Shown piece after piece: positions 52,201 through 62,291 of a stretch of DNA of 64,000 bases. The DNA comes from Ascidiella aspersa. Lineage: Eukaryota. Numbering within the stretch: the stretch's first letter is position 1; the number at the start of each line of letters is the position of its first letter. Location of the stretch: the NCBI GenBank assembly GCA_963924565.1, contig OZ004611.1:20584001-20648000 (forward strand). The letters run 5' to 3'. The translations under genes and the position numbers were made by a program. Below the pieces are notes generated by a model, which was given only the letters and a program-made list of their open reading frames with translations, made no database searches and was not told the origin of the DNA.

Positions 52201-55200
52201 ACCTATTACTTTCCTTAGGGGTAAATGTGATGTATTTCACCCGGTCAATCTTAACATGACGACTGTCATTTATTTTCCGTTTTTCTTTTCCAAATTCAGT
52301 GTTGAAGTTTAATTTTAGTATTTAATTAAACAGCCGTTCTAACAAAATTTCAACGAATATGTATATTGACGAATGACGGTTAATGCCTTAAAATTATTTT
52401 GCTTGCATCTAATGTAACGAATTTAGCCGATTTAACGTGTTGTGCTTAGTTACAAAATTCGACAGTTTCGGTCAAGCATTTCGGCATCGTAAATTTGTAA
52501 TGCTATCCACTAAACATTTGACATACCGTTGTGCCAGAGCATTGGAGATCTTTGAAGGCGGTTTAAATTATTTAGAGCGCCAATGGTATAGCTTGGAATA
52601 TCTGTGGAAAGCCACTTGCTCAAGGCAAAATGAATCTGCATTTTTAAGCATAAAAAATTTCGAATTTACAATACCTCGTGCTTCTAAGTGCCAGGACGCT
52701 AAGGCAATGCGATTACGGTGCCTTCCATTTTTAGACCGATTTTAGAGGCAGGCGACGACTGGTGTGGTATTTTGGTTCGGGTGTGGCTTTAAACGTACTT
52801 GTGGCACTGACGTGGTGACACCTGAACATTACGAGCTATTCGGGCAACATCGTGCGATGGGGTTTCTTTTCCGCTTCCATTCACCCACTACAATGGCCGT
52901 GAGCCTATTTTCCCCAAACCCGCGCAATTACACGCCACTTTACAAACTCAGGTCGGCGTGAAATTTGCCAAGGGCCCGATACAAGAATGCGCCCTATACG
53001 TTAACCCCAATAAATCCAAAGAACACCCTCAAAATTTCAAGGCAAATTATACACTCCGTTTGGTAAACCAAAATCAACTTGAAATTTTAAAGTAGTTTTT
53101 TCCCTTTAAACGAAACTGTCTATTTGTTTGGGTTTTGCTTGCAAATCTAGTTTACCCCCACTTGTTGTACTAAATAAAAGGCAGTGTTGCCTGTCGAAAC
53201 TTGGAAACGGCAAAAATCAAGCGGGTTATGAGTTATGACGTACTTCCGCATGTCAGTTTAATGTTCTTACAAAAAAACACTATCTACAGAAATATATGTT
53301 AAAAAAGGCTGCCAGGGAAAACAAGTTAATGACAGTGACACTTTTCTGCCGTTTCCAAAAAGAGAGATTGTAAATACAACAAGCTTTTCAACGTTTTATC
53401 ATAATGATGTGTCGATAATTTATTTTATCTACCGATTGCGTGTAATTTTGGCTTATTAAAAACAATTATTTCGACGTTGCAAATGTGTTTTGGATCACAG
53501 CAAGTTGTAAAAAAAATTAAATTTTGTTGTAAAAAATGCTGTATTCGCTTCTTTTAAGCTATCGATTGCGTTCGGCTTCGGCTTATTAAAAAAATGCCGC
53601 CTAAAAAAAGTCGCAAAATATATCTTTCAGCAGATCAGCAAACTGACACAGATCGAACGGCCGTGCCTCGGCACAACAGAAAGCGCACCATATGTCACCC
53701 CATAACGCCGTAACCTTGCGCTTCGCCAACAAAAACGCGCACAAAGGGGTTGCGTGACGTCACAGAACCGAGTATTGTCCCAGCGGCGCCGAACCGCGAC
53801 GCTCCCGGTCTCGCCTCGCCGCACTCTCGAGTGGCCCGCGTTTCGGAAGTTTTCAATTTGGCCGCGGCGCGAGGATTATTTTTTTTGTTTGGCGAACGCC
53901 AGAGGCCCCTGGCCGCGCGCCATCCCGGTTTGTTTACCCGCCCCTCGCCAAAGTGATAACTTCCCTTTTACCGTTTTTCTCCTCTCGTCTCTCTCAATGT
54001 TACCAGCGTTTCGCGTTGCGCCACGACCTTTACCTTTTCGAAAAAAAAAAGAAATCCCTGCCCTGAGGAGATTTGTCGCGCTCTGCTCTGCCTCTCTTGT
54101 ATTATGTGATACACGAGTTGCGCGGCCTTTTAGCTTCCGTTTTTGCGGTTGCCTTCTTGCCCGATGTTCGTGGAAGAAACTCTCGTTTCACGGCGACTGT
54201 CACTTAGGCAATATAACGCCTTAGATTATCCAGACGGACTTGAAATACTGCTTCAGATTTACCCTTTATACAGATAGCGTGCCCGAACCGGTGATTATTC
54301 CGAAAAATGGCATTGTCGTTTAAAACAAAATGCGAAACAACTATGCAATTTTTAACATAACATTCGATCTAACTATCTTTTAATCCTTTCTGGCAGTTTT
54401 AGAGTCTTATGTCATATAGAGTAATAAGATGAATATGCTGTTGCTGCCAGGTATTGTTTCCATTGAACAGTTGATTAGTAAGATCTTACAAGACTAGGTC
54501 ACATAACAGCAAAACTGATGTTCGTCCAATGCGTACTACTAGAAGTCTCTCGCACCAAATTGACAAGGTTTTTATTTTGTTTAAGGCCCCGCTCCGACAG
54601 CTTCGTTAACTTCAGCCTCGAAGAGGTCGTAGTTCCGCTTCAGTGCCCAGCGGCCTCCCCCTCCCAAGATCGACGTCACTTCCAGAGCCCGATCAAGTCA
54701 AACAGTAGCGGTGAGCATCACGTGAGCCAACATCAGGGCCTGATTCGTCAGAACTCGGCACCGGTTGCGCCAGTCAGAAGCGCGGCACAACAACAGCCCA
54801 CCATAAAACAGGTACTTTGCTTCTATGTAGTTCAAATAATATCACTGTGACTGCCGCCCTGGTCAACCCTAAGGTTCCACTGTCGGAAAAGAAAATGTAA
54901 TCTATATTTTAGCTTTAGTAACGCTTGCACTCGTGTTTTACTTAATCTGTATGGGGTAGTAATTGTGAAACTTTGGTAAGGAAATATGTATGACGAGCTT
55001 AGCTAATTCCATGTTTGAAATAAAGCCAAACTATCACGCATAGTCAGAAATAAGTACGTTTTCTTCGAAGTGCGCAATAATGTTTTGTAAGACGTTGTCG
55101 ATTGTATTTATAAAAAGCTTAATTTGCATAAGCTTATATTGACCAATCGGTAGCTTCATCATTCGACAGAATTCAACAAAAAAAACATCCCAATAATTTT

Positions 55201-58200
55201 TGGTTTTGTTAAGCTGTTTTACTGTTTAACGTTATCAAGCGATTGGTTTATTGGGTTTAAGATCAGCGTTAAAATAAAAAACAATTTAAAATTTACAATT
55301 TAAAATTATTGAAATCCATATCGATATCGCGTAATCGGAACATGCAAATTCTGTTTCGACAAATTAACCAACATCTCTTTTGCGTTTCAGGAAATATTCT
55401 CGCCTGTCAGCTCCGCAGCGCCACCAATTGTTCGAATCAAGGCCGAGCCTCGTGAAGAAGGTGAGTTCATATCTTGTGCAAACAGCACTTGTTTTGCGCT
55501 TAAGGAAAAAAAGTTAAAACTAATTTTAAATTGGTAATGTTTCTCAACCCATGGGTCGGAAGCCTAAAATATCGGTATTTGTATAAGGTGAGTTTATTCA
55601 TAAAAACTTTTTCGCAAACAGCATTTGTTTTTAGATTAAATAACAAAAGCTAAAACTTGAGTTTTTTTCAGACATTAATGCTGCCGTTCCCTATTATGGA
55701 GTTCCTTTGCCTTCTTCAAGGGACGACGCCTACAAGGTATAGTTTGTTTACAAGTTACTTTCAAGTTGGCGTGAACCTATGTATTCAGTGGCTAGAAAAC
55801 AATGTTAGTTGCCTTCTAATAGCTGACAAAAATGTTGATTAGGACATAATCTTTTCTTAAGAGCCTGAGAATGCAACAGACCGCTCTTTTCAGAACTATA
55901 CATTATAGCCAGTTTATAATTCCCATGTAAAAATATAGAAAAACACTTTGTTGACAATGATTTGCTAACTTTTTGCACATTAACGGAATAATATTATATT
56001 GCACAAATTTCAACACGCTTGCAGTTATTTTTGGCTATTGAGAGCAATCCAAACATTTTAAATCTTTCTATCCAGAATGTTGACGCTATTAGTCAGCAAC
56101 CAACATCCTGCGGTGACATACTGAGTCCGACGGGATGCAAGCCTATGGCGCCCTACCCAGGAACACCCGGCCCGGGATTCGAACCCGCTACCCCAAACTT
56201 TCCGACTCACGCCATCAGCCAACCTGTGGTGAAGCTGCAGCCGGACGCTTCCACTGCGTTCTTTGAGGAGAATTGCACGAGCGAAAGTGAAGTTCCCCAG
56301 AACGAGAGCAGGTACAAAACTGGAAACATTGTCCTTAAGTATAAATACTTGTTTTTTGATTAATCCGAGGCGACTTGTTAAATTGTATCTTGCGCTAAAT
56401 CATGTCGTTCTTCTGTTGAAAAAAATAGTGCAATTACTCAGAACGAGAGCAGGTACATGTTAACTGGAAACATTGCCCCTAATGTAAATTCTGATTTTAC
56501 GAGTTAATACGGCGAGTCTCGTTAAACGGTGCGTTGCGTTGAATCATGTCGTCTGTTAAAAAAATTAATGCAATTACTTAAAACAAGAGCAGGTATATGT
56601 CAGCTGGAAACATTGTCCCTAATGTAAATTCTAATTCTATGAGTTATTACGGCGAGACTCGTTAAACTGTGCGTTGCGTTGGACCATGTCGTTGTACAGT
56701 CGAAAAAAATTAATGCAATAAACAGAAGAGGAGATCGCAATTGATATGATTCGGCAATGTGAAGCCATAATTTGAACTTTAATGTAAAGTCAGTAAGACA
56801 TTTGTGGTGATTTCGGATGTTTCACACTTGACATTTATTCCGATACCGATACCTTAGATGTTTGACAAAATTATTGCGTTTCGATCCGATAATATAATAT
56901 TATGTTATTCTGTACTTAAACAAGCGAAAATTCGAAAAGGCATTATTCCATGTAAATTTGCTTTTGCGTTATGAAGTTTAGTTTACATTTGTAAACCAAT
57001 TCTTTGTTTTTTTAATTTACCTTTCAAGGTAAAATCGCTACTTTGGATCGCATATTATTGATAAAAGCTTAGTCAAATTGACATCGGATCGGTACTGGTA
57101 TACCTCCCTAGTATCGGACGATATATGGTTATAATACCACTTGGTTTCGGGCATCTGCTTTGATTCGATATTATCGGAAATCTCCATTTGTAATGACCTC
57201 TTCTGTTTTAAGTACGACGGAGTTTTAAAACCGTCCAACGTATCAAGCGGGTTTAGTTTAATTAAAACACACACCCTTTGCGTTACATGCAAAGAACGGC
57301 AAAGTTGTGCACGAAAAAAAAACGACACAAAACATTGGTTACTTTGGCCCTATTACAAACTAAACGGTCTACGTTATATTTAGCAACACCCGGGAACAGG
57401 GAGCTACTTACGGACGAAGAGGAAGTCTTCAACTGTGGCAGTTCCTCGTCTCATTGCTGGAAGATCCCACCAACAACCAGCAAGTCATCGCTTGGACCGG
57501 CCGGGGACTGGAATTCAAACTGGTCGAACCCGAAGAGGTATTGTTTTCATATACACGATTACTATTCTTAAAAAAGGGGCATTTCTGTGTTGTTTTATGC
57601 AGACGTGCGTGTGGGGTGCGAAGCGTTTAAATACCCCTCAAATTAATTTCAAACGGCCATTAAAGTCTCCTCAATTACTGGCATTCCTAATTGCTTAATT
57701 GATCCGCATTTATAAAGTACGCACCCTGGTCCACGTAGGCATTTTCGATTGCCTTTCTCAGATGAATATTTCGGGAAAGCGCTCATTCAGTAAATCACGA
57801 AATTTATAATTACCTTGGCTAATTATTTTGCCTAGTCCCTATTTACTGCAACGAAGAAGATAAACGATTAACGTATAGCATATTGTACGCCCTATTTGGA
57901 TTAGCGCATGCAACGCTTAGATTGATTTAACTTAAACTTACCGCACGTGATAGGTTAACGGCGACGTGATCAAAAATATAATTTTAACACCATTTTTTTG
58001 CAGATTGCAAGACGATGGGGAGTACAAAAGAACCGACCCGCCATGAACTACGATAAGCTTAGTCGCTCCCTGCGCTACTACTACGAAAAGGGAATCATGC
58101 AGAAGGTATTTATGACTGCATTCAGTGTAATTTTGTTAGAACGACTAGAGGCCCTATAGCTCATAAATTCGATGTAGTTCTACGGGCTGTTTGTGTATTC

Positions 58201-58925
58201 GACGAAAACCTACTGTGTGATCACTCCATATCTATGTTTACCGCTAATTTTGCCTTTAATTTCAAGTCAAATTTCTGCTAATCTTATAGGTCGCAGACGT
58301 GCTTTTTATTGCAAGGATTGCACAACCAGTTTTGTGTTGACTTACCATATTACTGGAGTTGAATTTCCCAAACTTCCACCTGTTTTTCGTGGGCTGTTTT
58401 ATGAACATCTTTTAAATATTCTTGTCACACCTATACACATTTTGATAATGTAATCTTTCGCAACCCTTTTAACTTCTTCCTTTACATCTCATTCAGGTGG
58501 CCGGCGAGCGTTACGTGTACAAGTTCGTCTGCGAGCCCGAGGTACTCTTCTCGATGGCCGGGTCCCTCGCCCCTGACAGGGTTCATCACTACCCCATGAT
58601 GCCGGCGGGGTTTCCCCGTCACCCCTACTTCCACCCTGGTTTCCACCCGCATTCGATGTATTACCAGCGGCATTACCACGCGTCCGGCCCCCACTGCTAC
58701 CCAGGATTTCACCCAAACGGCCCTTTTCCTCCTCACCCGCGGATGCGCAGGGGATATCTGCCCCACCACGATGGTACCCCTGGACCCCGTCGCCCCCAGA
58801 TGCCCGCTACACCGACGCAGCAGAAGCCGCAATGTAACAGCGTCACCACGCAGCGGTCCAAGTGGCCTAACGCTCCGCCGCCAGATGGCAGTCACGACAA
58901 GCCGCAAATGCCAGCTGAACGGTGA
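37232..58925 (+). CDS. ETV1: PEA3-subfamily ETS transcription factor (ETV1/4/5 homologue), about 904 aa: join(37232..37276,37730..37808,39544..39591,39878..39922,49877..51019,52071..52143,54586..54811,55391..55460,55672..55736,56076..56311,57384..57537,58004..58105,58497..58925)
   Basis: The ETS domain [12 protein letters not shown]...[66 protein letters not shown] is diagnostic of PEA3. N-terminal micro-exons give [19 protein letters not shown] and DQFVPE, similar to ETV1 MDGFYDQ, LFQDLSQLQE and EQFVPD. All 12 introns are GT-AG and in phase; 2715 nt. Confidence 0.88.
37730..37808 (+). CDS. ETV1: ETS coding exon 2 (TRLNMNSGG...DDDLSF)
   Basis: Acceptor tcgcag, donor GTAAGT, phase 0-1. Confidence 0.75.
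37939..38264. mobile_element. hAT-type MITE in an ETS intron
   Basis: TIR CAAGGGTTCTTAAACT / AGTTTAAGAACCACTG; perfect 8-bp TSD ATTTAAAG; subterminal GGGGTCC. Confidence 0.88.
38496..38859. mobile_element. Degenerate hAT-type MITE remnant
   Basis: CAGCGGTTCTGAACTGGGGGCGC left end and GGGGGCGCGGCTGAAAAAAGGT right subterminal motif; right terminus decayed. Confidence 0.5.
39544..39591 (+). CDS. ETV1: ETS coding exon 3, 48-nt acidic activation helix ([16 protein letters not shown])
   Basis: Strong polypyrimidine tract plus cag; donor GTAAGT; aligns to ELFQDLSQLQETWLAE. Confidence 0.85.
39878..39922 (+). CDS. ETV1: ETS coding exon 4 ([14 protein letters not shown]), COP1-degron-like
   Basis: Acceptor ttacag, donor GTAAGT; QFVP(D/E) is conserved in ETV1/4/5. 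Confidence 0.85.
49877..51019 (+). CDS. ETV1: ETS coding exon 5, large 1143-nt disordered region
   Basis: Core of the 439-aa ORF, GC3-rich codons, acceptor gcgcag, donor GTAAGT, phase 1-1. Confidence 0.88.
52071..52143 (+). CDS. ETV1: ETS coding exon 6 ([10 protein letters not shown]...EVSPR)
   Basis: Acceptor ttttcag, donor AAG|GTTTGT; bridges phase 1 to 2. Confidence 0.75.
54586..54811 (+). CDS. ETV1: ETS coding exon 7 (PRSDSFVNF...LIRQNSAP...PTIKQ)
   Basis: Acceptor tttaag, donor CAG|GTACTT. Confidence 0.8.
55391..55460 (+). CDS. ETV1: ETS coding exon 8 (EIFSP...IKAEPREE), SUMO consensus sites
   Basis: Acceptor tttcag, donor GTGAGT; IKQE and IKAEP resemble PEA3 IKQEP sites. Confidence 0.85.
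55672..55736 (+). CDS. ETV1: ETS coding exon 9 (INAAVPYYG...DAYK)
   Basis: Acceptor ttttcag, donor AAG|GTATAG; bridges phase 1 to 0. Confidence 0.75.
56076..56311 (+). CDS. ETV1: ETS coding exon 10 (NVDAISQQP...EVPQNES)
   Basis: Acceptor atccag, donor CAG|GTACAA. Confidence 0.8.
56298..56725 (+). repeat. Tandem triplication (about 140-bp unit) containing an ETS exon end and splice donor
   Basis: GAGAGCAG|GTA..CTGGAAACATTG..CATGTCGT..AAAAAA.TGCAAT recurs, with donors at 56312, 56453 and 56593. Confidence 0.9.
57384..57537 (+). CDS. ETV1: ETS domain exon A ([11 protein letters not shown]...EFKLVEPEE)
   Basis: Diagnostic sequence; atttag / GTATTG. Confidence 0.95.
58004..58105 (+). CDS. ETV1: ETS domain exon B (IARRWG...[21 protein letters not shown])
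   Basis: Diagnostic recognition helix; ttgcag / GTATTT. Confidence 0.96.
58497..58925 (+). CDS. ETV1: ETS last exon ([10 protein letters not shown] plus His/Pro-rich tail)
   Basis: Acceptor attcag; TGA at 58923-58925. Confidence 0.93.
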   Translation: MAGERYVYKFVCEPEVLFSMAGSLAPDRVHHYPMMPAGFPRHPYFHPGFHPHSMYYQRHYHASGPHCYPGFHPNGPFPPHPRMRRGYLPHHDGTPGPRRPQMPATPTQQKPQCNSVTTQRSKWPNAPPPDGSHDKPQMPAER

Positions 58926-61539
58926 AGCCCTTGGTTTGAAAATACTGCAAAAAGAACAGTACCGGCATTGCTGGTGAAGGACAAGATTTTTTGTCGGGCC
59001 TTCAGTAAAACTGTCGTTGGAAAAACGCCGGCCTTTATAATTTATAGAAATCGTTGCTTTAAATCAGCAACAATGTCGATCTAAAAAATGTTCAGCGCTT
59101 TATTTCCCCGTACAGTATTATGAGAAGTTAACAGGATATCGCTCATAGATAACTCAACCATCAACAATTATTTTGGGTGTTGTGGCCAAACTATTGTTGA
59201 TATTTGGTGATTATCACACATATATTTTTGCCAAGTATAAACATCTGCCAAGTACAAAAGGGACTACCTAATTTAATAATGTAGCCGATTTGTCGCGTTT
59301 TTGCCAAATCTAAGTCGTTCGTAAAATCTCGTTTCACCCGTTTTCAAATGAAGAAAGAAATATATATAGTTTTTTATCGTGTTGCTTTATCTCGAACGGT
59401 CAATGCGGAGCTGTACAGTATTTTATATTTTGTTTCAAGTCGACTGTAACATAAAGCCGAAAAGTTTCACTTGAAAAATTTAAATGCGCTCGTTTTGACG
59501 CTTTGTTACACGTGTGCGTTTGCAAGTAACCGACATGTTGCGATATGTGCAGTGTCAATTTACCGCTGTACAAATTTCGACTCAAATCTTCCAATTGAAA
59601 AACTCGTTTTATTTTGTTGTATAAACGAAATGAGATTTTGTCGGCATTTTTGCTTGTCCTTAACGTACAACGTTGCGATGTACTGTGTTTAAGGCTTAAA
59701 AAGGCTGTTTTCGCACCCAGTTGCGGGGTCTACGGTTTGTAGTTTTGTCCTGTAACAAATGGACCAACTCGCTCCTCAGATGGTCAACAATCCGTATTAT
59801 ATGTTAGTAACTCCATACGCAACTTTTCGTGCACCAGCGCAAAACTTTTGGTTCAGTATTTTTCGCTCGCATCTTGTCCGTGTTCGACGCAAATGCTGCC
59901 AGTTTAACGCTTTTGTTTGGAATAAACGACGTGTAATTTATCTTGAATTGAGTGGTCAAGTGTGCTTAAAATTACACAAGCTACTTGAAGCTGGTAGTAT
60001 TATATGCAGTTTAACCAATAAAAAAAACGTGAAACGATAAATTTTTTAGGGTTGATTATCCTATAGAAGGAATTATTTTTCACCCACGTATGATGCTTGG
60101 ATGAGTGATATAATACACCTAATAGTCGATTGCTGTAGGCCTATATCAATCATATTTTACTTTTTGGCCCGAGTCGGATTCGGCAGTTGAACTCGCCATT
60201 ATGTTTTCATCCGGAGTCGGTCTCCGGTTGTTTTCAACCCTCTCATCATCTCTGTTATGTAGTAAATTGTAAAATAAAAACCACACGTACCTATTTAAAA
60301 TGTTGACGTCTATACTAAATTGCACGTTTTATCTGCTCAGAACTCTAACTAGATGAACTTCTAATAATATTGAACAATCTGGTTTCGGATAAACTTGATT
60401 TAAACGACCAGTTCAAACATTCTATGAAATGTAGTTACTAGTTACTAGTTACGCAATAAATGCTATTAAACGAAACATCAGTGAAAACTTATGCCAAACA
60501 TAAAAGCGTTTTGAATATCCCGCTTAACTGTCATGATCAAGCGTAAAATTTTGTAAAGTCACATGATTTTTGAGCTGTAAACAACCTTCCCACTGGAAAT
60601 TAAAAAGTATTTACACAACGTTTCAAATGTCTTTAAACAATAGTTTTATTGTTCGCTATAGGAACCGTTGTGATAATAATGTCAAGAAATTTCCGTTGAG
60701 ATTCGCCTCACCCGACTTTTCCGTTGTTGTTTTTTCTAGAAAAGTTTCTCTTTTAAAACGTTTTTCAGGCAAAAGTATTGTTTTCGAGATTAATTGCAGT
60801 GTTTTTTAATTTTTTAAGTTTTGACAGTTAGCTAATAATCGCATTGTTACGTTTTTGACTTAAACATAAATTTACTCTTCTAGATTCACTGACAAATACG
60901 TTTTTTAGAAACTATATTGGTCTGATGCTGCTGTGCTTACTGACCAAATTAAGTTAAACTGAGTTACATTGCTTGTTAGAAACATGGCGATATGTTACGT
61001 CGGTTTGTCACTAGTGAAATCGTATTTAAATACTTAAAAAGTACAAAAAAATATCAACTTTAATTTACACATTTTCTTTAAATCTCTGCCTTTACATTTT
61101 TCAGGTTTTCTGAGATGTGATGAATTAATTGTATTAATAAAATTTTGTATCCAGATATGTGTTAAATACCATAAAGCGTTACAGGTGAAAAATCAGGCCT
61201 ACAAAATTTATTTTTTGAACTGTAATTTGGTTGAATTTTTATATTTCAGAGTGATCAAACATTATTTGTATCTCAGAGAATTAAGAAATGCATATCCTTT
61301 ACTATATAGGCTACATGAGTGCTACAAAACGTAGACCAATAAACCAATTGCAATTTAACATTTAAACTAGTTTCAATAATATTGCCAAACAAGTTGAAAA
61401 AATTAATCTACAAATTTAAACAGACAAAGAATGTTGAGTCTAAGGTGACATCAATCTGTAGTTAGACTTAATTCTGTGGCAGGTGCACAATTTAGATATT
61501 TTAAAGCATTTGACGAAAATCAAATTAACAAAATTATAC

Positions 61540-61727
61540 GCCGCTGGTCTAGAATCCTACCGCAACTCACATTATTTGGGATAGGGTGTGGGTTAGCGTT
61601 TTGGGTAAGGGTGGGTCAAGGATTATTATCAGATAATAATACTTGATCCACCCAAACGCTAACTCGCACCCTAACCCAAATATTGTACATTGATTTAATA
61701 ATTGTGGTAGGATTCAAGACTAGCGCC
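61540..61727. mobile_element. Foldback MITE with telomere-like core, copy 3
   Basis: GCCGCTGGTCTAGAATCCTACC ... GGTAGGATTCAAGACTAGCGCC; internal arms GGGTTAGCGTTT / AAACGCTAACTC; flanks AATTATAC/AATCAAAC (6/8). Confidence 0.8.
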
Positions 61728-62215
61728 AATCAAACAAAAAGGTTGTTATGGTGGATTCCAATTTTTTAGGTTTGTATACTGCACAAAGCCTTGACCACAC
61801 AAATCTGCAAGCTTTGGCACTGCACACACAAGATCTTGAAAAGTGCCCAAAAATGCTGTCAGTATTAACACTTTCTGCCTTTAGTCCAGTATAAAATTTA
61901 TTAAAAACATAGGTTACTGGCATATGTTTGGTTAGGAAAACCAATATTCATATTGTACGACTTGCCAAATGATGTCACTATAGGCCAAGTATCAATATCA
62001 GCGAAACGTTTTTGAGTGCAGTCAGGTCTTTGGTACCAGTAGTTTTAGTACTAGAAAATTTAAACTCCTCATTATAGAAAGAAATGTGCTTTATATATAA
62101 CTTGCAGAATGATAATAAACACCAAAGAATAGCTACATGGTGGATTAAAATATTTGCTTAAGAACTGTCTGTTGAATGTGTTATTGTTTTCAAATACCTT
62201 GGATTGTACAAAGGA

Positions 62216-62291
62216 ATGAATGAACAACTGGAGGCTGGAAAGGGCTTAAAGCGAAAACAAAGCCAGGACCAAGATGAGAAATCTGTGACGA
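62216..62291 (+). CDS. ANKRD11: ANKRD11/12 putative first coding exon (MNEQLEAGKGLKRK...EKSVT)
   Basis: ATG-initiated frame, donor GTAAGT, phase 1. Confidence 0.7.

Noticed and set aside
56165-56215. Minus-strand perfect B-box GGTTCGAATCC with an A-box-like TGGCGTGAGTCGG, suggesting a tRNA or tRNA-derived SINE
   Set aside because: A-B spacing is only about 16 nt, no cloverleaf forms, and it lies in an in-phase ETS exon encoding PGFEPA; probably coincidence.
56298-56725. Regularly spaced repeats as a CRISPR-like array (also 33020-33372 and 11890-12030)
   Set aside because: Eukaryotic context, whole units are homologous with no unique spacers, and there are no cas genes.
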